64,000 nt of DNA from contig OX597819.1 in the NCBI GenBank assembly GCA_951406725.2, positions 69,254,001 to 69,318,000 on the forward strand, in the 5' to 3' direction. The position numbers were made by a program, and so were the translations under genes. Below are positions 26,278 to 41,139 of the stretch, piece after piece. Each line of letters opens with the position of its first letter. The first letter of the stretch is position 1. The DNA is from Octopus vulgaris (taxonomy: Eukaryota). Below the pieces are notes generated by a model. The model worked only from the letters and a program-made list of their open reading frames with translations. It searched no databases and had not been told where the DNA came from.

Positions 26278-27299
26278 CCCAGACAGGCTCGCAGAGAACT
26301 AGTTATGTTCACTTTAATACACATGCACACACCTATTGGTACATATATACATGGATTCATGTGTACATCTATACATACATGCACACACACGCATATATAT
26401 ATGTGGTTAGCGTAATTGTTGTTTCTTTGTGTGCGATTTTATGATATATATACAAACATGCACACGCGCGATCGCGCGCACACACACAGACACACACACA
26501 CAAACGGAGATAGCCCCGCACTACAGCAAAATTTGCAACAATTGTAACTACTTAAAAATCTTTTGATAATTCTGAAGAATTCTGGAGTAATTACTGCTTC
26601 GTATCAGCAACATCACCATTGCCATAATCTTTACCCGTATAAAAATGTTAATAATAATAATAATGATAATAATGATAGAAATTTATAATAATGATCATAA
26701 TAATAAGAATGATAATAATGATAATAATAATAATGTATCTGACACACCCTCACAGTCGCCATCTTCCACAATCTTAAAAAATGCAAAATGTTTTTAAAAT
26801 ATTACAAATTTGAAAAAAAAATGAAGCGTTCCAAATAAAATAGAAATAACGAACGGTATTCTGGCTTCTGCCTTTTGTATAGTTTTGTTTTGCTTTCAAC
26901 GAAAATAGCTCTGAGGCAATTTTGCTTTACAACAACTAAAACTGCAATTACTATGGCATAACAAGCTATGAAATCAGTCGTAATATGGACTCTAATAACA
27001 AGAAATATGAATTGAGAAGAAATACGATAAGATTTCTTGAAAAAATATATATAATGAAGATAAACAGAAACAAATACGATGCCACAATACTGTAAATATT
27101 ATATATATATATATCATTTCATCTAGTTTCAGCTCATATATATATATGTAAATATGATTACTCGACAATAAGAAATGAAATAATACAAAATTACAGTCTA
27201 CATGCTGCCGCCGCTACTACTACTGATGCTACTATTACTCTTACTACTGCTGTCCTGCTGTCTCAGTTACTACTACTACTAATAGTACCACTACTACTA

Positions 27300-28030
27300 A
27301 GGAGTCTTCGTATTGCCATGTTTTTGTTAGTATGTTACCTCTTTTCCTGGTTTGGAAGAAGATTAAATATGGCTGCCAACTGCAAATGGATATGACACCA
27401 ATTTATCCCCTGCTGATTATGGACGATCTGAAGCTTTACAGAGGTAACAGTTGTCAACTGGACTCTCTTATTCAAGTTGTATGAAATTTATCATATGACA
27501 TTCAGGTGGCATTTTCTCTAGATAAATGCGTTGATCTTGGACGGAGGACAGGGCGCAGAATCTGAAGAATAAAACTTCGAGACGGTGGACGTGTAAGAGA
27601 TGTCAAGGGAAAGTTAGCAAATATCTTGTGCCTCATAAATAGGCCAGCTGATGACTGCTACAAGATGTAGGTAAATATTTCTCCAGAATATGCCAGAGGA
27701 GTGACAAACCTGACCAGAGGCATCAATTTGGGCTGGATGCGTGGCACACTTCTGTACAGGAGTTGGGGAATGGGCAAATTCAGTTCGGGGGTTGCGGAAT
27801 GGACAAATAGTGGAACTGGTCGGCATGAACAGAAAAACTAGGAAGATAAAGGCCTTGCATGGGTGCTTTTATGTAAGACGTAACGTAACAACGTTTTACT
27901 TACCTAGGAAGTGAGGTGGTAGAGGACTGGTTGGAATAGAAGATAGGGTTATGATGATCAAGCCCTTGCATACCTATCTGAGAAACAGCGATGAAAGAAT
28001 TTTGAAGGCTACTCTGAATCCAGAGAAAAT
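27300..28030 (+). mobile_element. Highly degraded RT fragment of an RLE-type non-LTR element
   Basis: LLIMDDLKLYRGNSCQLDSLIQVV near 27410-27480 and YLPRK*GGRGLVGIED near 27897-27944, collinear with the Dong RT. Confidence 0.65.
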
Positions 28031-28443
28031 GCGCTGAGTATTTATCTCCGCCTGGTAACGATTCAGCTCGTTCGCCGTCTTAAATGGTACGAATATTGGT
28101 AGGAAAAGATAAAATGTACAATAAACATGATCGATGATTAAAGAGATATAAATGATGAAATAACAGAAAAACAAACGGTCACGTTTGTGACAGAAAATAC
28201 CACAATATTGCCTAACTGCCAATGCTCACGTTTTTATCTTAAGAAGCGAAAAACCCCTGTCCAAAAGTGTCCCTCGGTAGGACTTAACACGGAACTAGGT
28301 GGTTTGGAAGCACACTTCCTAACAGGCCACAAAGCCTATACTATTAAGCAGATACAGAATATTGTTAAAAGACAGAGCTTTTGTTGGAAATTGCATTTTT
28401 AATGTAATTTAATTTGCGGTTTCCTTTATAAAATTGCAGTTTT

Positions 28444-28479
<36 letters not shown>

Positions 28480-28887
28480 GGTCTTACTTAATTACCATTT
28501 TTTGCTTAACCTATTTAATGCCTTTTTGCTTTCATTCTATCATTTTGGGGGGAAGGGATATATGCGATGATATTAACTTTCTGGTTAGTATATCCTCACT
28601 CGGAACTTGTTATATTTTTACCTTATGTGGAACAAATTATATGAATATTTGCAAATATCCGAGCATCTAATGCATAACATTAAAGAGTTACCTTCATTAC
28701 TCCCTTCCAACGGTAATGAGGTACGTTTCAAAGGACTTCGTTCGTAATAATAAAAAAGAAGAAAAAAGTCTGAAAACGTTTTTTTTTTCTTCTCGTGAGA
28801 GAAAACCTGGAAAAATATAATTTCTCGAAGATACTTTGTGAAAAAGACGTGCGTCCACAATTTACAACAACATCAACAAAAACTACG

Positions 28888-29154
<267 letters not shown>

Positions 29155-29751
29155 GATATTTCTGCTGAAAGCTTCAAGATTGTTATCTTCGTATATGCAA
29201 ACAGATAGAAACCGATCACGATATTTCATTTTGATTCAAAGAATAAATTGATTCCGTAATTATATTCTATTTGCATATTTGCATATAATTTTCGCTTAAT
29301 GTCTAATTCCTCAATACAAAACTGTATTCATCTTCGATTGAATTTCTTTCTTTAGTTTTGTTATATCGTGTTGGTCGAATGCTGAATATCAAATAAGAAA
29401 TAAATATATTCAAAATATATACATAATAACATAAATTACATAAAAATGTATTATAATATAATAAAATTCATTATGTTTAATTTCTCTTCTTTTCTTACTA
29501 TTTTTTTTTTTTTACTTTACGTAAGATTTCTCTTTTAATTTTTGCAAATTTCAGTTATAGTTAGTGTTTTAATGAATTAATATTATTATTCATTTCATTA
29601 CTTTACGTATTGCATGCACATACACTAACTTACACATCAACACAGTCGTTCGTACAGGTACACGTTGATATGCACACACACACACACATACACACGCATA
29701 TATATATAGACACACACATATATATATATATCCATATATATATATATATAT

Positions 29752-29798
<47 letters not shown>

Positions 29799-30483
29799 CA
29801 TATATATGAATTTATTGTATACTAGAGTTTTATGGTTGGGCTTATTTAAATACGATTTTCTGACTTCAAGTGAATATTTTAATTTTTCTGATATTGGTGT
29901 CTTCAGATGCCTAACAATAACCCATCGCCAAACGACAGGCAAAAACAAGATAAAAATTATTTTTGAATTTGAATAATTTATATAGAAATATTTGTGACAC
30001 TCAAACAAGAAAAGATTTCACATCTCCAGCATTATCAATGTGCAAGTTGTACAATCTACATAATATTACATATGAAGATGGCATATCTTAAACTTTCCGT
30101 GTCCGCAGTTTCCGACATGAAATCTGTATTTTTTTTAATAAGTCTGAATAGGTGTATATAATACTTGATGTTGGACCCGGCGTTAGTTGTGTTTTCCGTG
30201 TTGAAGTTAAGCCCACCTATGACCTTGTATTGACATCTTCTACGTTTCCCGTGCCGGCTATTACCCATTAATATGTTATATCTGGTTGGGAAAATGGTCA
30301 GAGCAGGGACGGAGTTTTGTTGAGGGAGCGGAGATTTTGCAACCGATGACGACGTGTTCAATGCTGCCGAGGACACACATGTAAATAATCATCTTCTCAG
30401 AGATTATTTTGTAGATTTTGCTGAAATTTTACATGTGAAAATTGCAAAAGCTTCAGGAAAAATAACATCGTTATGGCAATGTC

Positions 30484-30619
<136 letters not shown>

Positions 30620-30874
30620 AAGTAAAAAATGAATTATCTTATTACGGATTATTCAAATGATAACCGATACCTGGGTAGCAAAAATCACAACAGAAATATC
30701 AAATGCTGTGCATTTTATTGGAGAATTAAGTTCCTGGATTTTCCTGAAGAGAAGGCTGCAAAATGGACTCCTTATTCAATCAGAATTAGGGACTTTGCAG
30801 CTTTTGAAACATATGTAGAAAATAATAAAAAGGAATTTTGTTAAATCTTCGTTCAGCTCCATTTCTTCCTACAC

Positions 30875-30944
<70 letters not shown>

Positions 30945-31371
30945 ATATTTATATATATATATTAGAGACAGATATTCACTGTATAGAATGCACTCCGTAG
31001 TATTCAAGAGATTTGAACTTAAAGAGGTAGAGGAGTAAATGTAAGGACAAGCATATTAGGCAAATATTAAATACGTTTTTGTATTACATATATATATTAA
31101 TTATTATAAAGGGTAATGCCCGTAATAATTTTATCAGGTGGTCAGTAGGGAAATAAAAACCTCATAGGTGAATGTTACAAAATATTTTATAATTATACAC
31201 ATTGGCTTTATGCCTGCTTGCAAAATAGTGTTATTCTCGGAGATTCTAAAGTTGTAATAGGGCTTTTTGCGTCTATTTCTACAGACCGCGGTGTGGCATA
31301 AAACCAATCACTTGTTATAATTATGAATATAATTATAAAATATTTTGTATATGTATGTGTGTGTATCTATG

Positions 31372-31451
<80 letters not shown>

Positions 31452-31454
<3 letters not shown>

Positions 31455-31846
31455 TTATATATAAAAGTGAGGTTGTGTGCTGTCTGTCTCCTACGATTTA
31501 GATTCCTAACTACTCCCACATTTTGCGGTGCAGTTTAACCAAAACCTGATATATTATAGTCGTGATTCATATCGAGCTCTTCTGGGTATTAGCGCGCGTC
31601 TACGATGAGTCTACGATTTTTAAAATAATTTACCATCAATTTTTCCCATTTTTAATGCATTTTGGCATATATAAGGGAAGTAACTCTCTAAAAATTTATT
31701 ATTAAATCTCAGAACGTAAAAAGCTACAGTAACCCCCCCCCCTTGTGGTTAGCTATATTGAGATGGCTATTATACTTTACACCTCTAAAAATGCTTATAT
31801 AGTTATTTCCCTTACAAACCCGAGCAATGCCGGGCGATACTGCTAG
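31452..31846 (+). mobile_element. Non-autonomous Helitron
   Basis: Starts TC after A. GC hairpin CCCGAGCAATGCCGGG at 31819-31834. Ends CTAG followed by T. No TSD; sits in (TA)n. Confidence 0.8.
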
Positions 31847-31870
31847 TATATATATATATACATACATACA

Positions 31871-31902
<32 letters not shown>

Positions 31903-31904
31903 CG

Positions 31905-32120
31905 TGTCTGCCGTGTCTGTGCTTTTGTATTTCTGTACGTCATTCACCACTGCTTGACGACTGGTGTTAATATGCGTACGTCCACGTAACCTACCGTTAA
32001 GATACAATAAGTACCAGGCCTAGAGAAAGAATTATTGCTAGGGTCGATTTGTCAACTAAAAGTTTTTGAAGGGTCTGCCCCAGTATGACCGCAGCCTAAT
32101 GACTGGAAGGAGTTAAAGTA
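31905..32120 (+). mobile_element. SINE family A 3' half, diverged (similar diverged minus-strand pieces at ~46685-46850 and ~59920-60090)
   Basis: GCTTGACGACTGGTG...AAGTACCAGG...GGGTCGATTTG...CCCAGTATGACCGCAG. Confidence 0.6.
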
Positions 32121-32161
32121 TTATTGGGCTATTATGTTAATCATATTGTGTTACATTGTAA

Positions 32162-32747
32162 GGCTGCGAGCTGGAAGAAACGTTAGCACGCCGAACTAAA
32201 TGTTTAACACCATTTCATTTCTCTTTACGTTCTGAGTTCAAATACCGCCGAGGTTGACGTTGCCTTTCTTCCTTTCGGGATCGATAATTTAAGTACCAAT
32301 TGCGTACTGGGATCAATTTAATCGACAGTCCCACTCACGAAAAATTTCTGGCCTTGTGCCTAGGAAAGAAATGTTAGCACGCCGGGCGAAATGCTTAGCG
32401 GTATTGCGCCTGCCGTTACGTTCTAAGTTCAAATTCCGCCGAGGTCGACTTTGCCTTTCATCTTTTCGGGGTCGATTAAATAAGTACCAGTTACGCACTG
32501 GGGTCGATATAATCGACTTAATCCGTTTGTCTATCCTTGTTTGTCCTCTCTGTGTTTAGACGCTTGTGGGTAGTAAAGAAATAGGTATTTCGTCTGCCAT
32601 TACGTTCTGAGTTCAAATTCCACCGAGGTCGACCTTGCCTTTCATCCTTTTGGGATCGATAAATTAGGTACCAGTTGCATATTGGAGTTGATGTAATCGA
32701 TGGCCCCCTCCCCCAAAATCAATCCTTGTGCCTAGAGTAGAAAAGAA
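32162..32747 (+). mobile_element. SINE family B, three units in tandem
   Basis: TTACGTTCTRAGTTCAAAT...GCCTTTC.TC.TTT occurs three times (~32225, ~32416, ~32600). Confidence 0.85.
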
Positions 32748-33042
32748 ATGTTACATCATTTACTCTCGGAACTCCTTCATTTAGATGCGGCTGTATATGT
32801 ACAACTCAATTTGCAAATATATTACTTTAATATATGCAGATTAACGTAAAAAAATTTCTTGCTTCCCGAAAATGAATTTCACAGGAATATATTGTCTTTC
32901 TGTTACTCAGTCATTTAAAGTAAACTAACGTATATCAATTATAATGCGGTACTTCTAATTACACACTTCCGATGTGGTCACCACTAAAACTGGTTCCGTA
33001 CAATAAACAACTTAGAAGAGTTTATAAAAAATAAACAAGTTG

Positions 33043-33231
33043 ACAGGACGTGGCTAGTGTGGTAACACGTTTCCTTCGCAGCAACATGTTTCTGATTCAA
33101 TTACCTTCCAACAGTATGGTTCCGGGTTCAGTCCCAATGCGTGGCAACTTCGACAAATGTCTATTGTAACCTTGGGGCAATAAAAGTGTTGTGAATAGAT
33201 AGGATAGACGGAAACTGGGAGAAGCTCCGCT

Positions 33232-33264
<33 letters not shown>

Positions 33265-33495
33265 GTATATGCCTGTTTGGGTGTGTGTGTGTGCGTATCT
33301 GCGCTTGTTCCTCATCAGCGCTTCACAACCGGTATATCTGTGTTTACGTCACCGTTACGTGACGTTTCGGCTAAAGTGCTTGATGAAATAAGTACCAGGA
33401 TTTAAAATGCAGTGTGGTCGATTTACTCAACTAAAATTCTTCAAGGCGATGCCGAAACATGGTCGCAGTCTGATGACTGAAAAAGTAAAAGAATA
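33043..33495 (+). mobile_element. SINE family A, diverged
   Basis: Head, GGTTCAGTCCC, body and tail are recognisable. Confidence 0.75.
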
Positions 33496-33515
33496 TATAT
33501 ATATATGTATATAAA

Positions 33516-33919
33516 GGCGCTGGAGTAGCTGTGGGGTAAGTAACTTGCTTACCAATGACATGCCACTGGGTTCTGTTACACTGTGTGGCACCTCGAGTAA
33601 GTGTCTTCTACTATATCCTCAGGCCTACCAAAGCCTTGTGAGTGGATTTTGTAGAGTGAAACTGAAAGAATCTCGTCGTATATCTGTGTGTATGTGTGTG
33701 TATGTGTATGTGTGTGTGTGCTATGTTTGTCCCCCACCATCGCTTGACAACCGATGTTGATTGGTTTACGTCCCCGTAACTTAGCAATTCGGCAAAAAAA
33801 ACATAGAATAAGTACTAGGCTTACAATTAATAAGTCCTGAGATCCATTTGTTCGACTAGAGGGGGTACTCCAGCATGGCTGCAGTCAAATGACTGAAACA
33901 AATAAAAGAATAAAAGAAT
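33516..33919 (+). mobile_element. SINE family A, in tandem after the previous copy
   Basis: Full head-to-tail similarity to 12978-13367. Confidence 0.88.
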
Positions 33920-34515
33920 ATGTTTATATGTATGTATGTATGTATGTGTTTCTATATATAGAAGTGTGTCGTGTGTACGTGTTGTGTTTAAGCGTTTGTA
34001 TTACAAAGACATTTGAAAGAAGAATCGCTAAATTATTTTATGTTATAACTGTCTGATCTGAATGAAAACCGAATGTTCACTTCGAACAGGTTGATAATTT
34101 CTACTTTGAAAATTTCTTAGAAAAGAGTCTACATTTCTACAGGCATATAGATGGATGCCGATAATGCTAAATATATCGTTTTCATTTGTCTTACCATTTT
34201 TGGAAAGGAAACGTCAACATGGATATACACGGTGTTTCAATCGTTCCATTCATTGATTCGAATAATTCGCTTCGATCTTCAGAAATAAAAATCACTGGAG
34301 AAAGTCAAAGTTCTATATTTGATTTTTCAAACAATCCAATATAGCCTATCATTTATTTCTCGTTTATAAAAAGTTGAACTGCGACTGGTGTATTTATAAA
34401 GCGTAATGTATCGATGAAAGACTTGAATCGAAAACGACCATGCACTGCTCCAGAAACCTACACGCATGCACATATATATAAACTTTGATGTATACACAGA
34501 CACAAATACACACAG

Positions 34516-34547
<32 letters not shown>

Positions 34548-35430
34548 GTATCTAGGCATATATACCCTCGTATATAAATGGCTCCGGACATAAAATAGTT
34601 ATGTGAATTTCAGGGAAATATTTTTAGAATTCAATCTACCGTAGCCTGCATATGTATATGTGTGAAACATTGTATGATGTTCTGTGTGTGTGTGTCTTTC
34701 TTTGTGTTTTTTGTACGTGTGTGTGTGTTCGTGTATGTTTGTGTAAATGTTTCAGCTTAATAGTACGAACGGTAAAGCTAGTAATCAATATATGCGATTG
34801 AATTTATCTCTTTCATAACCGATCCTTTTAGGAGTCCTTCAGAGTTTCGCGCGTGATTTCATCGTTTTAGGCTTTATCATCGAGTTTAAAGAGTATAACT
34901 TAGTAACGCAAAAACAAGAAAGGGCTCTGTAAAATATATTGGTTTGGAAAGCTCAGTTAGTGAGGTGTAGCGCCTTCTATTGGCAGAAATAGAAGTCAAG
35001 GAGTAAGTAACGTTCATGAGCTCTCATATAATTTTCCAGTGATCAAAATGATATCCTCTTTAAAACGAGAACATTGTCGGGCATATTAAAAATATATTTA
35101 GCAAAAATAGTTGCTCTCTTTTAGCATCAGTTCAAACATTCACTCCATCTGTTCATTTACCCTGATCCTCAGATCCAAAATAAAGTTATCAAATTAGAAT
35201 ATTTAAATTCCAGCACTTTGCTACACGGGTTTTGAATGTCTATTGCCCTCCAGATTATAAATATATTACTAACTAAACTTCTGTTTTTTTATATATTTAG
35301 TACTGGGAAAATGTGAGCAATTAGATTATGACACTTGTGGTTTTGTAGTATGATCTTTGATGCAATGTTTTTCTTGTACAAGCTATAATATCTATTAGTT
35401 TTCACTTTTGAACTTGGCATGACAATTCAC

Positions 35431-35482
<52 letters not shown>

Positions 35483-35483
35483 T

Positions 35484-35559
<76 letters not shown>

Positions 35560-35568
35560 TAAAAAGTC

Positions 35569-35625
<57 letters not shown>

Positions 35626-35646
35626 AAAAGTCATAGATAGATAGAT
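35431..35646. repeat. (GATA)n flanking the Tx1-like 3' end (continues at 37431-37665)
   Basis: Direct reading. Confidence 0.98.
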
Positions 35647-37430
35647 ATGTTTCTTTATTAGCCACACAGGGCTGCACACAGATAGAACAAATTACAAGGT
35701 AGAGCTTTTCTTTTGGGGGTAAAAAAAAGGAGAGTGGTGGTTTTCGATCAAAAGGGATCGTAAAAGGAAAGAAAAAGGACAAAAAAGGGGAGGGGTTAAA
35801 AAAAGGGGGGGAGAGAACAAAAATGAATAATAGGGATCGTTATCACAGAAATGTCAATATGAAGTGTAAAGGGGAGGACAGGTGAGGTTTACCCGTGGAA
35901 AGAAAAGCCTACGGAAAAGACCACGGTAACCTCGGTCAATGAAGTCACATGTTATATTTCTTTTTTTTTTTTTTTTTGCAAATAAGCAACTCTCTGTATT
36001 AATTTTTATGGTTCATAGAATCATAGTCAAGGTGGCTTCGTCATTCATACGTGCCATCCTTGCTACATTCACCCATCTTTTTTTAAAACATTCACTAGAC
36101 AAAACTTGCCTCTCTACTCTCACTTTCCTCTTCAAGTGATACTTGAAGAAGTTGATGAGAGATTGACCAGAGAGGAAAGTGTTTGTCTCTAATCCTTTCA
36201 GGCGCGTCCACCAGATACATTCTTTCGCCATAGCCACAAGTATGATAAAAATAGCTCTTCCTTCCCGTTTGAAAGAAGGAGGCGTGACGATATTAACGAT
36301 AGACTCGGCTGATAAACCGACACGTCCCACACGTGACAGCAGTCGTTCGACATAAGCCCACAGGTCGGAAATTGCTGGACACTGCACGATTGCGTGCAGA
36401 GCGGTTTCGTCGCTCTGCCCGCATCTCGGGCAGGTCGGCCCCGTCTTTCTCGAGCCATGCCTATAGAGCTTATCCCGAACGGGTAGCGCTTCTCGGTAGC
36501 ACCGCCAGGCCAGGGATCTCTGGAAGTTGTCCATAGGTCCCGGGCCGAAAGTCGTTTGAAACAGGCGGGTCAGGTATTCCTCGTCGACGCCCAGGTTTGC
36601 CCCGAGCTCGTCGTCGTACCTCCTCCACTAATCCCCTATAGAATGCTTTGGTTGTGTTGAAGTCACTCAAGGTCGACCCGGGACGGCAGAGTTGCTTGAG
36701 AGCAACGCGACACTCGCGGTGCCATCCGCCCTTCCTCGGCCTCTTTTTGATCCACGACTGTAGTTCGGTCATGGAGACGAGTTGCGGGAATGCGTGCCTC
36801 ACAAACGGCGACCACACCTGTTCACCGTCGTCTACATAGAGCCGGAGATGTCGCAGTCTCAGCGCGTGTCTGCGCATCATCGACCACGGCATGCCCAGCC
36901 CTCCTTTTAACGGGTGTTGACAGCAAATGGATCGCCTGACCATCGGGACGCATCCTTTCCACAAGAAGCGGAAGAGGATGCGTTCTAGTTTGGTGATGGT
37001 AGGGTCGGGACAAGGTACGACGGTCAGGCGGTAGTAGATGATGGATGCGATGTACGCGTTCACCACCTCCGCCCGACCTTTTAGGGACAGTTTCCTCTCG
37101 GCCCATTGCTGGGCGAGAGTGACCACCCTACTCGTTATCTCGTTCCAGTTCTTCTCCATTTGGAGGTCCGGACCGAACCAGACCCCGAGCAACTCAACCG
37201 GGCCGTCTGTCCAGCGTCCCACGACGGAGGTACTGGTGGACGGCATGGGCTTGCTTCTCCAGGTGCCGAGCCGCAAGCCCACTGACTTTTCCCGGTTGAT
37301 TTTTGCTCCTGTCACCGCTTCGTAGTCTTTCAGTGTCTCGCCGACCCGCTCGATGTGCTCGTGGCTTGACACTATGACGGTGACGTCGTCCGCGTATGCA
37401 GACACGCTCGTCCCGCATCCCAATTCTCGC
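35647..37430 (-). mobile_element. Tx1/L1-clade non-LTR retrotransposon, 5'-truncated, inserted in (GATA)n
   Basis: [35 protein letters not shown], then C-terminal CPRCGQSDETALHAIVQC. GC-rich island with a ~365 bp 3' UTR. AATAAA on the minus strand at 35654-35659 directly before (ATCT)n. Confidence 0.9.
36013..37423 (-). pseudogene. Tx1-like ORF2 C-terminal half (RT end + Zn finger), one apparent frameshift near 36600-36625
   Basis: ORFs 36470..37423 and 36013..36534 join into one protein. The duplicate copy is open across this point. Confidence 0.85.
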
Positions 37431-37501
<71 letters not shown>

Positions 37502-37506
37502 AAAAG

Positions 37507-37582
<76 letters not shown>

Positions 37583-37614
37583 GGATAGATGGATAGAAAA
37601 AGATAGATAGGTAG

Positions 37615-37650
<36 letters not shown>

Positions 37651-38145
37651 ACAGACAGACAGACAGAGAGCAATGCAGGATAAGTAAAGGTGAAACCGAT
37701 ATGTGTGCGGGTGTGGAGTAGTACATTGTTATCTAACCTAAGCTAATCTAATATATATCTTCTTGTCGATCATTAATATACGGGAGTCAATGAATGCTTC
37801 TTTTTAGCTAAACTTCTTTATCCAATTAACTCACTGAGTCACTATATTCTCTGTTTAGACATTCTATTAATCCGTTCAGCTGTAAATTATCGAATAGAAC
37901 CAGCTATTTCCACTCCCCGCCTAATCCTTTATCGACTTCATCTGTCAAGACGTGCAACTATGGACCACATGTAACATGAGCTGAATTTTTCACTGTCCAA
38001 AGAAAAGGATATCTAAAGGTTAGATAATCGATATGTGTGTGTGTGTTTGTGTGTGTGTGTGTACGTACGTATGTATGTATCTAGGTATCTATGTATTTAT
38101 TGATATATATATATATATGTGTGTGTGTATGTATATATATGTATG

Positions 38146-38199
<54 letters not shown>

Positions 38200-38243
38200 A
38201 TTTAATATAATATATGTATATATATATATGTGTGTGTGTATAT

Positions 38244-38305
<62 letters not shown>

Positions 38306-38501
38306 ATACATGTATGTAAGTATGTATCATCTGCTATAGATTTTAAAGGGTGTATGACCCTAAGGCAGTCTATTAATTCTACAATGGATTGATGGGTTGA
38401 CATGACAATAGCGTTACACGAAAGATACTAAACATTAAACCTTCACGTGTCTGAACAACAACAACATCAACCAAAAAACTATAATAATAATAATAATAAT
38501 G

Positions 38502-39176
<675 letters not shown>

Positions 39177-39198
39177 AATAATAATGATGATGATGATG

Positions 39199-39279
<81 letters not shown>

Positions 39280-39388
39280 GTGATGATGATGATGACGATG
39301 AAAATGATGATGATGATGATGATTTTGATGATAAGAAGAAGAAGAAAAGGAAGAAGGAGAAGGAGAAGAAGAAGAAGCAGAAGAATTG

Positions 39389-39490
39389 ATTTACAATCCC
39401 AAAGGATAAGAATGTCAATACAAGAGGTATAGAGAAAATAGGAAAGTACCAGGACATAGCCATTGAATTATAGAGCCTAAGGGACAACGC
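39389..39490 (+). mobile_element. Tiny RLE C-terminal fragment next to a compound trinucleotide array
   Basis: Reads IDFTIPKDKNVNTRGIEKIGKYQDIAIEL, similar to the 40383-40601 fragment. Confidence 0.55.
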
Positions 39491-39639
39491 TATCATGAAA
39501 TTTATTCTTGAAGGTTGTATTATTTTAACTCAGTGGATTTCTTTCGGGTGGATCTACTTTATAAGACGTCTGTCTAAAGCTTATATTTTGCGGTACATAA
39601 TAAAGAGTAGGGTAGTCCTGGGGCGAGTGAAGTATAAGA

Positions 39640-40030
39640 GATGTTACAATATGACTGAAGGCTTGGGGAGGAGAGGTAGTGAAATATTTTCATGTAATAG
39701 AACACATACATTTAAGTGGATAGGGTTTTTCTAAGGATGTAGGCTGTACATGACAGTACAATCTTTTGGATTTCTTTGAGACATGCTTTTCCTGGGATCT
39801 TATCTATCTTTCTGACATCCCTTTTTATTATACCTAGGACACCTACAATAAGAGGAACAATTCTCGTTTTAGGTTGCCACATCTTTTGTATTTCAGTTCC
39901 CAGGGCCTTATATTTACTTAGTTTGTCAAATTCCTTGACAGATATATTATCAGTGGGAACGCTTGCATCTATTAGTGTACAATTATTTTCTTCCCTGTCT
40001 CTAAAAGTAGCAATTTATTTTACATGGAAT
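39640..40030 (-). mobile_element. Dong-like 3' fragment related to the 41140 element (duplicate at ~52725-53110)
   Basis: Similar to 41215-41600. The duplicate reads WQPKTRIVPLIVGVLGIIK...LKEIQKIVLSCTAYILRK. Confidence 0.8.
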
Positions 40031-40174
40031 GCATGTCTTGGGGTGGATATGGATCTATTTGTAAGAAATGAGTCGCAGTCAAGTGCTTGGATCAATGCAC
40101 TTGAATAGACCTCTTCCCCAAAATATCAAGCCTTGTACCTATAGGCGAAAGGATTATCATTATTATTATTATCA

Positions 40175-40888
40175 TTTCATCTGCACACAACATTTTAATC
40201 TGTTGGAAAAGAAAATCCCCTAAATTCAGTCTACAAGGAAACATAGATGCCAAGAACACTCCCAGCTATTCTCACTGTTCCTAATAATACTGTTTTCTGG
40301 AGTTTTACTAAACTTCATTTTACGCCTATTTCCTCTATCCATCTGTTCAAATCTTTAGAGTTAATTCCTTATGCACCTATAACTAGATGTATACATTTTC
40401 CCGCACTTTCCATAGTCTCTGTATTTCAATAGCTAGGTCCTGGTTCTTTGCTATTCTTTCTATACCTCTCATATCGACTTTCTCATCCTTTGGGAATGTA
40501 AAGTCAGTTATCTGGCACTTTCTATTCTCTTTATTTACTACTACTAAATTAGACCTTCTTCCTTTTGTCTCTCTTTCTGCTTGAGTTTTAAAGGCCCACA
40601 ATATCTTATATTTTTTTATTTACTTTTAGCACGTTGCTAGGTTCATGCTCATAATATTTATGAGTATGTCAAATCCTAGCTTTCTACATAGCTCCCAGTG
40701 GTTTAGTCTCCCTAGGTTGTGATGTCTTTTCTTGTATTCCCTCTGTGTCACCATGCTACATTCGCTTACCATATGAGTAACACTTTCTCATTTGTTTTTT
40801 TAGTCTACTTTGGGAACCTACTGGATTTTGTCTATCTTAGCATTTAGCCAATTAGTTCCCAATGTTTCATCTTATGCCGCTACAAACA
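40175..40888 (-). mobile_element. Degraded RLE-domain fragment of another R4/Dong-like family (duplicate at ~53262-53962)
   Basis: RSNLVVVNKENRKCQITDFTFPKD...KNQDLAIEIQRLWK. Flanked by (ATT)n. Confidence 0.7.
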
Positions 40889-40957
<69 letters not shown>

Positions 40958-41048
40958 CATTACTATTATTATTGTTGTTGTTGTTGTTGTTGCTGCTGCT
41001 GTTGTTGTTTATGTTGCTTTTGTTACTGTTGTTGCAGTTGTTGTTGTA

Positions 41049-41113
<65 letters not shown>

Positions 41114-41139
41114 CATTATCATCATCATCATTATTACTT

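Noticed and set aside
30318-30380. Mariner-like C-terminal snippet (LRERRF/ATDDDVFNAAED)
   Set aside because: Too short and needs a frameshift. I found no DD34D or YSPDL motif and no TIRs.
37038-37325. Plus-strand ORFs over retroelements (also 10339, 11110, 50231)
   Set aside because: Antisense shadows of the RT frames.
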